Assembly: GCA_964016885.1 (NCBI GenBank) | Contig: OZ024751.1 | Span: 19,778,001 to 19,842,000 of the forward strand | Length of the DNA stretch: 64,000 nucleotides | Direction: 5' to 3' | Source of the DNA: Eledone cirrhosa | Lineage: Eukaryota | Part shown: in pieces, positions 63,695 to 64,000 of the stretch | How the letters are laid out: every line of letters begins with the position of its first letter | Position numbering within the stretch: position 1 is the first letter of the stretch | Position numbers and translations under genes: made by a program | Notes under the pieces: model-generated | The model's input: only the letters and a program-made list of their open reading frames with translations | Told to the model about the DNA's origin: nothing | Database searches by the model: none

Positions 63695-64000
63695 GTTGCT
63701 GTTGTTACTGTTGTTGTTACTGTTGTTGTTACTGTTGTTGTTATTGTGGCACTTGTTACTGTTGTTGTTACTATTGTTGTTACTGTTGTTGTTATTGTTG
63801 TTGTTACTGTTGTTGTTGTTGTTGTTGTTACTGTGGCACTTGTTACTGTTGTTGTTGCTGTTGCTGTTACTGTGGCTGTTGTTGTTACTGTGGCACTTGT
63901 TACTGTTGTTGTTACTGTGGCTGTTGTTGTTACTGTGGCACTTGTTACTGTTGTTGTTACTGTTGTTGTTACTGTGGCTGTTGTTGTTACTGTTGTTGTT
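63695..64000. repeat. (GTT)n-based repeat
   Basis: Direct reading. Confidence 0.95.

Overview
This is an AT-rich eukaryotic window, dominated by (TA)n, (CA)n, (CT)n and trinucleotide microsatellites. The repeat landscape resembles an octopus/cephalopod genome (inference). No intact host gene is supportable, and nearly all ORFs in the track are translated microsatellites. Recognisable content: about 20 copies of a tRNA-derived SINE, a deleted mariner with about 100-bp terminal inverted repeats, four MITEs, RTE-LINE-derived remnants, a CRE-type restriction-like endonuclease 3' fragment, several minisatellites and a 200-N gap. The most notable signal is a dense set of short elements embedded in (TA)n tracts that carry type I hammerhead ribozyme (HHR) folds (CTGANGA...GAAA...UH with pairing stems). 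There are at least six sequence families, many arranged as fold-back palindromes and several sharing a GTATTGAGYAC tail motif. They are most simply remnants of Penelope-like element pseudo-LTRs or retrozyme-like non-autonomous elements. All folds were assigned by eye, not computed.
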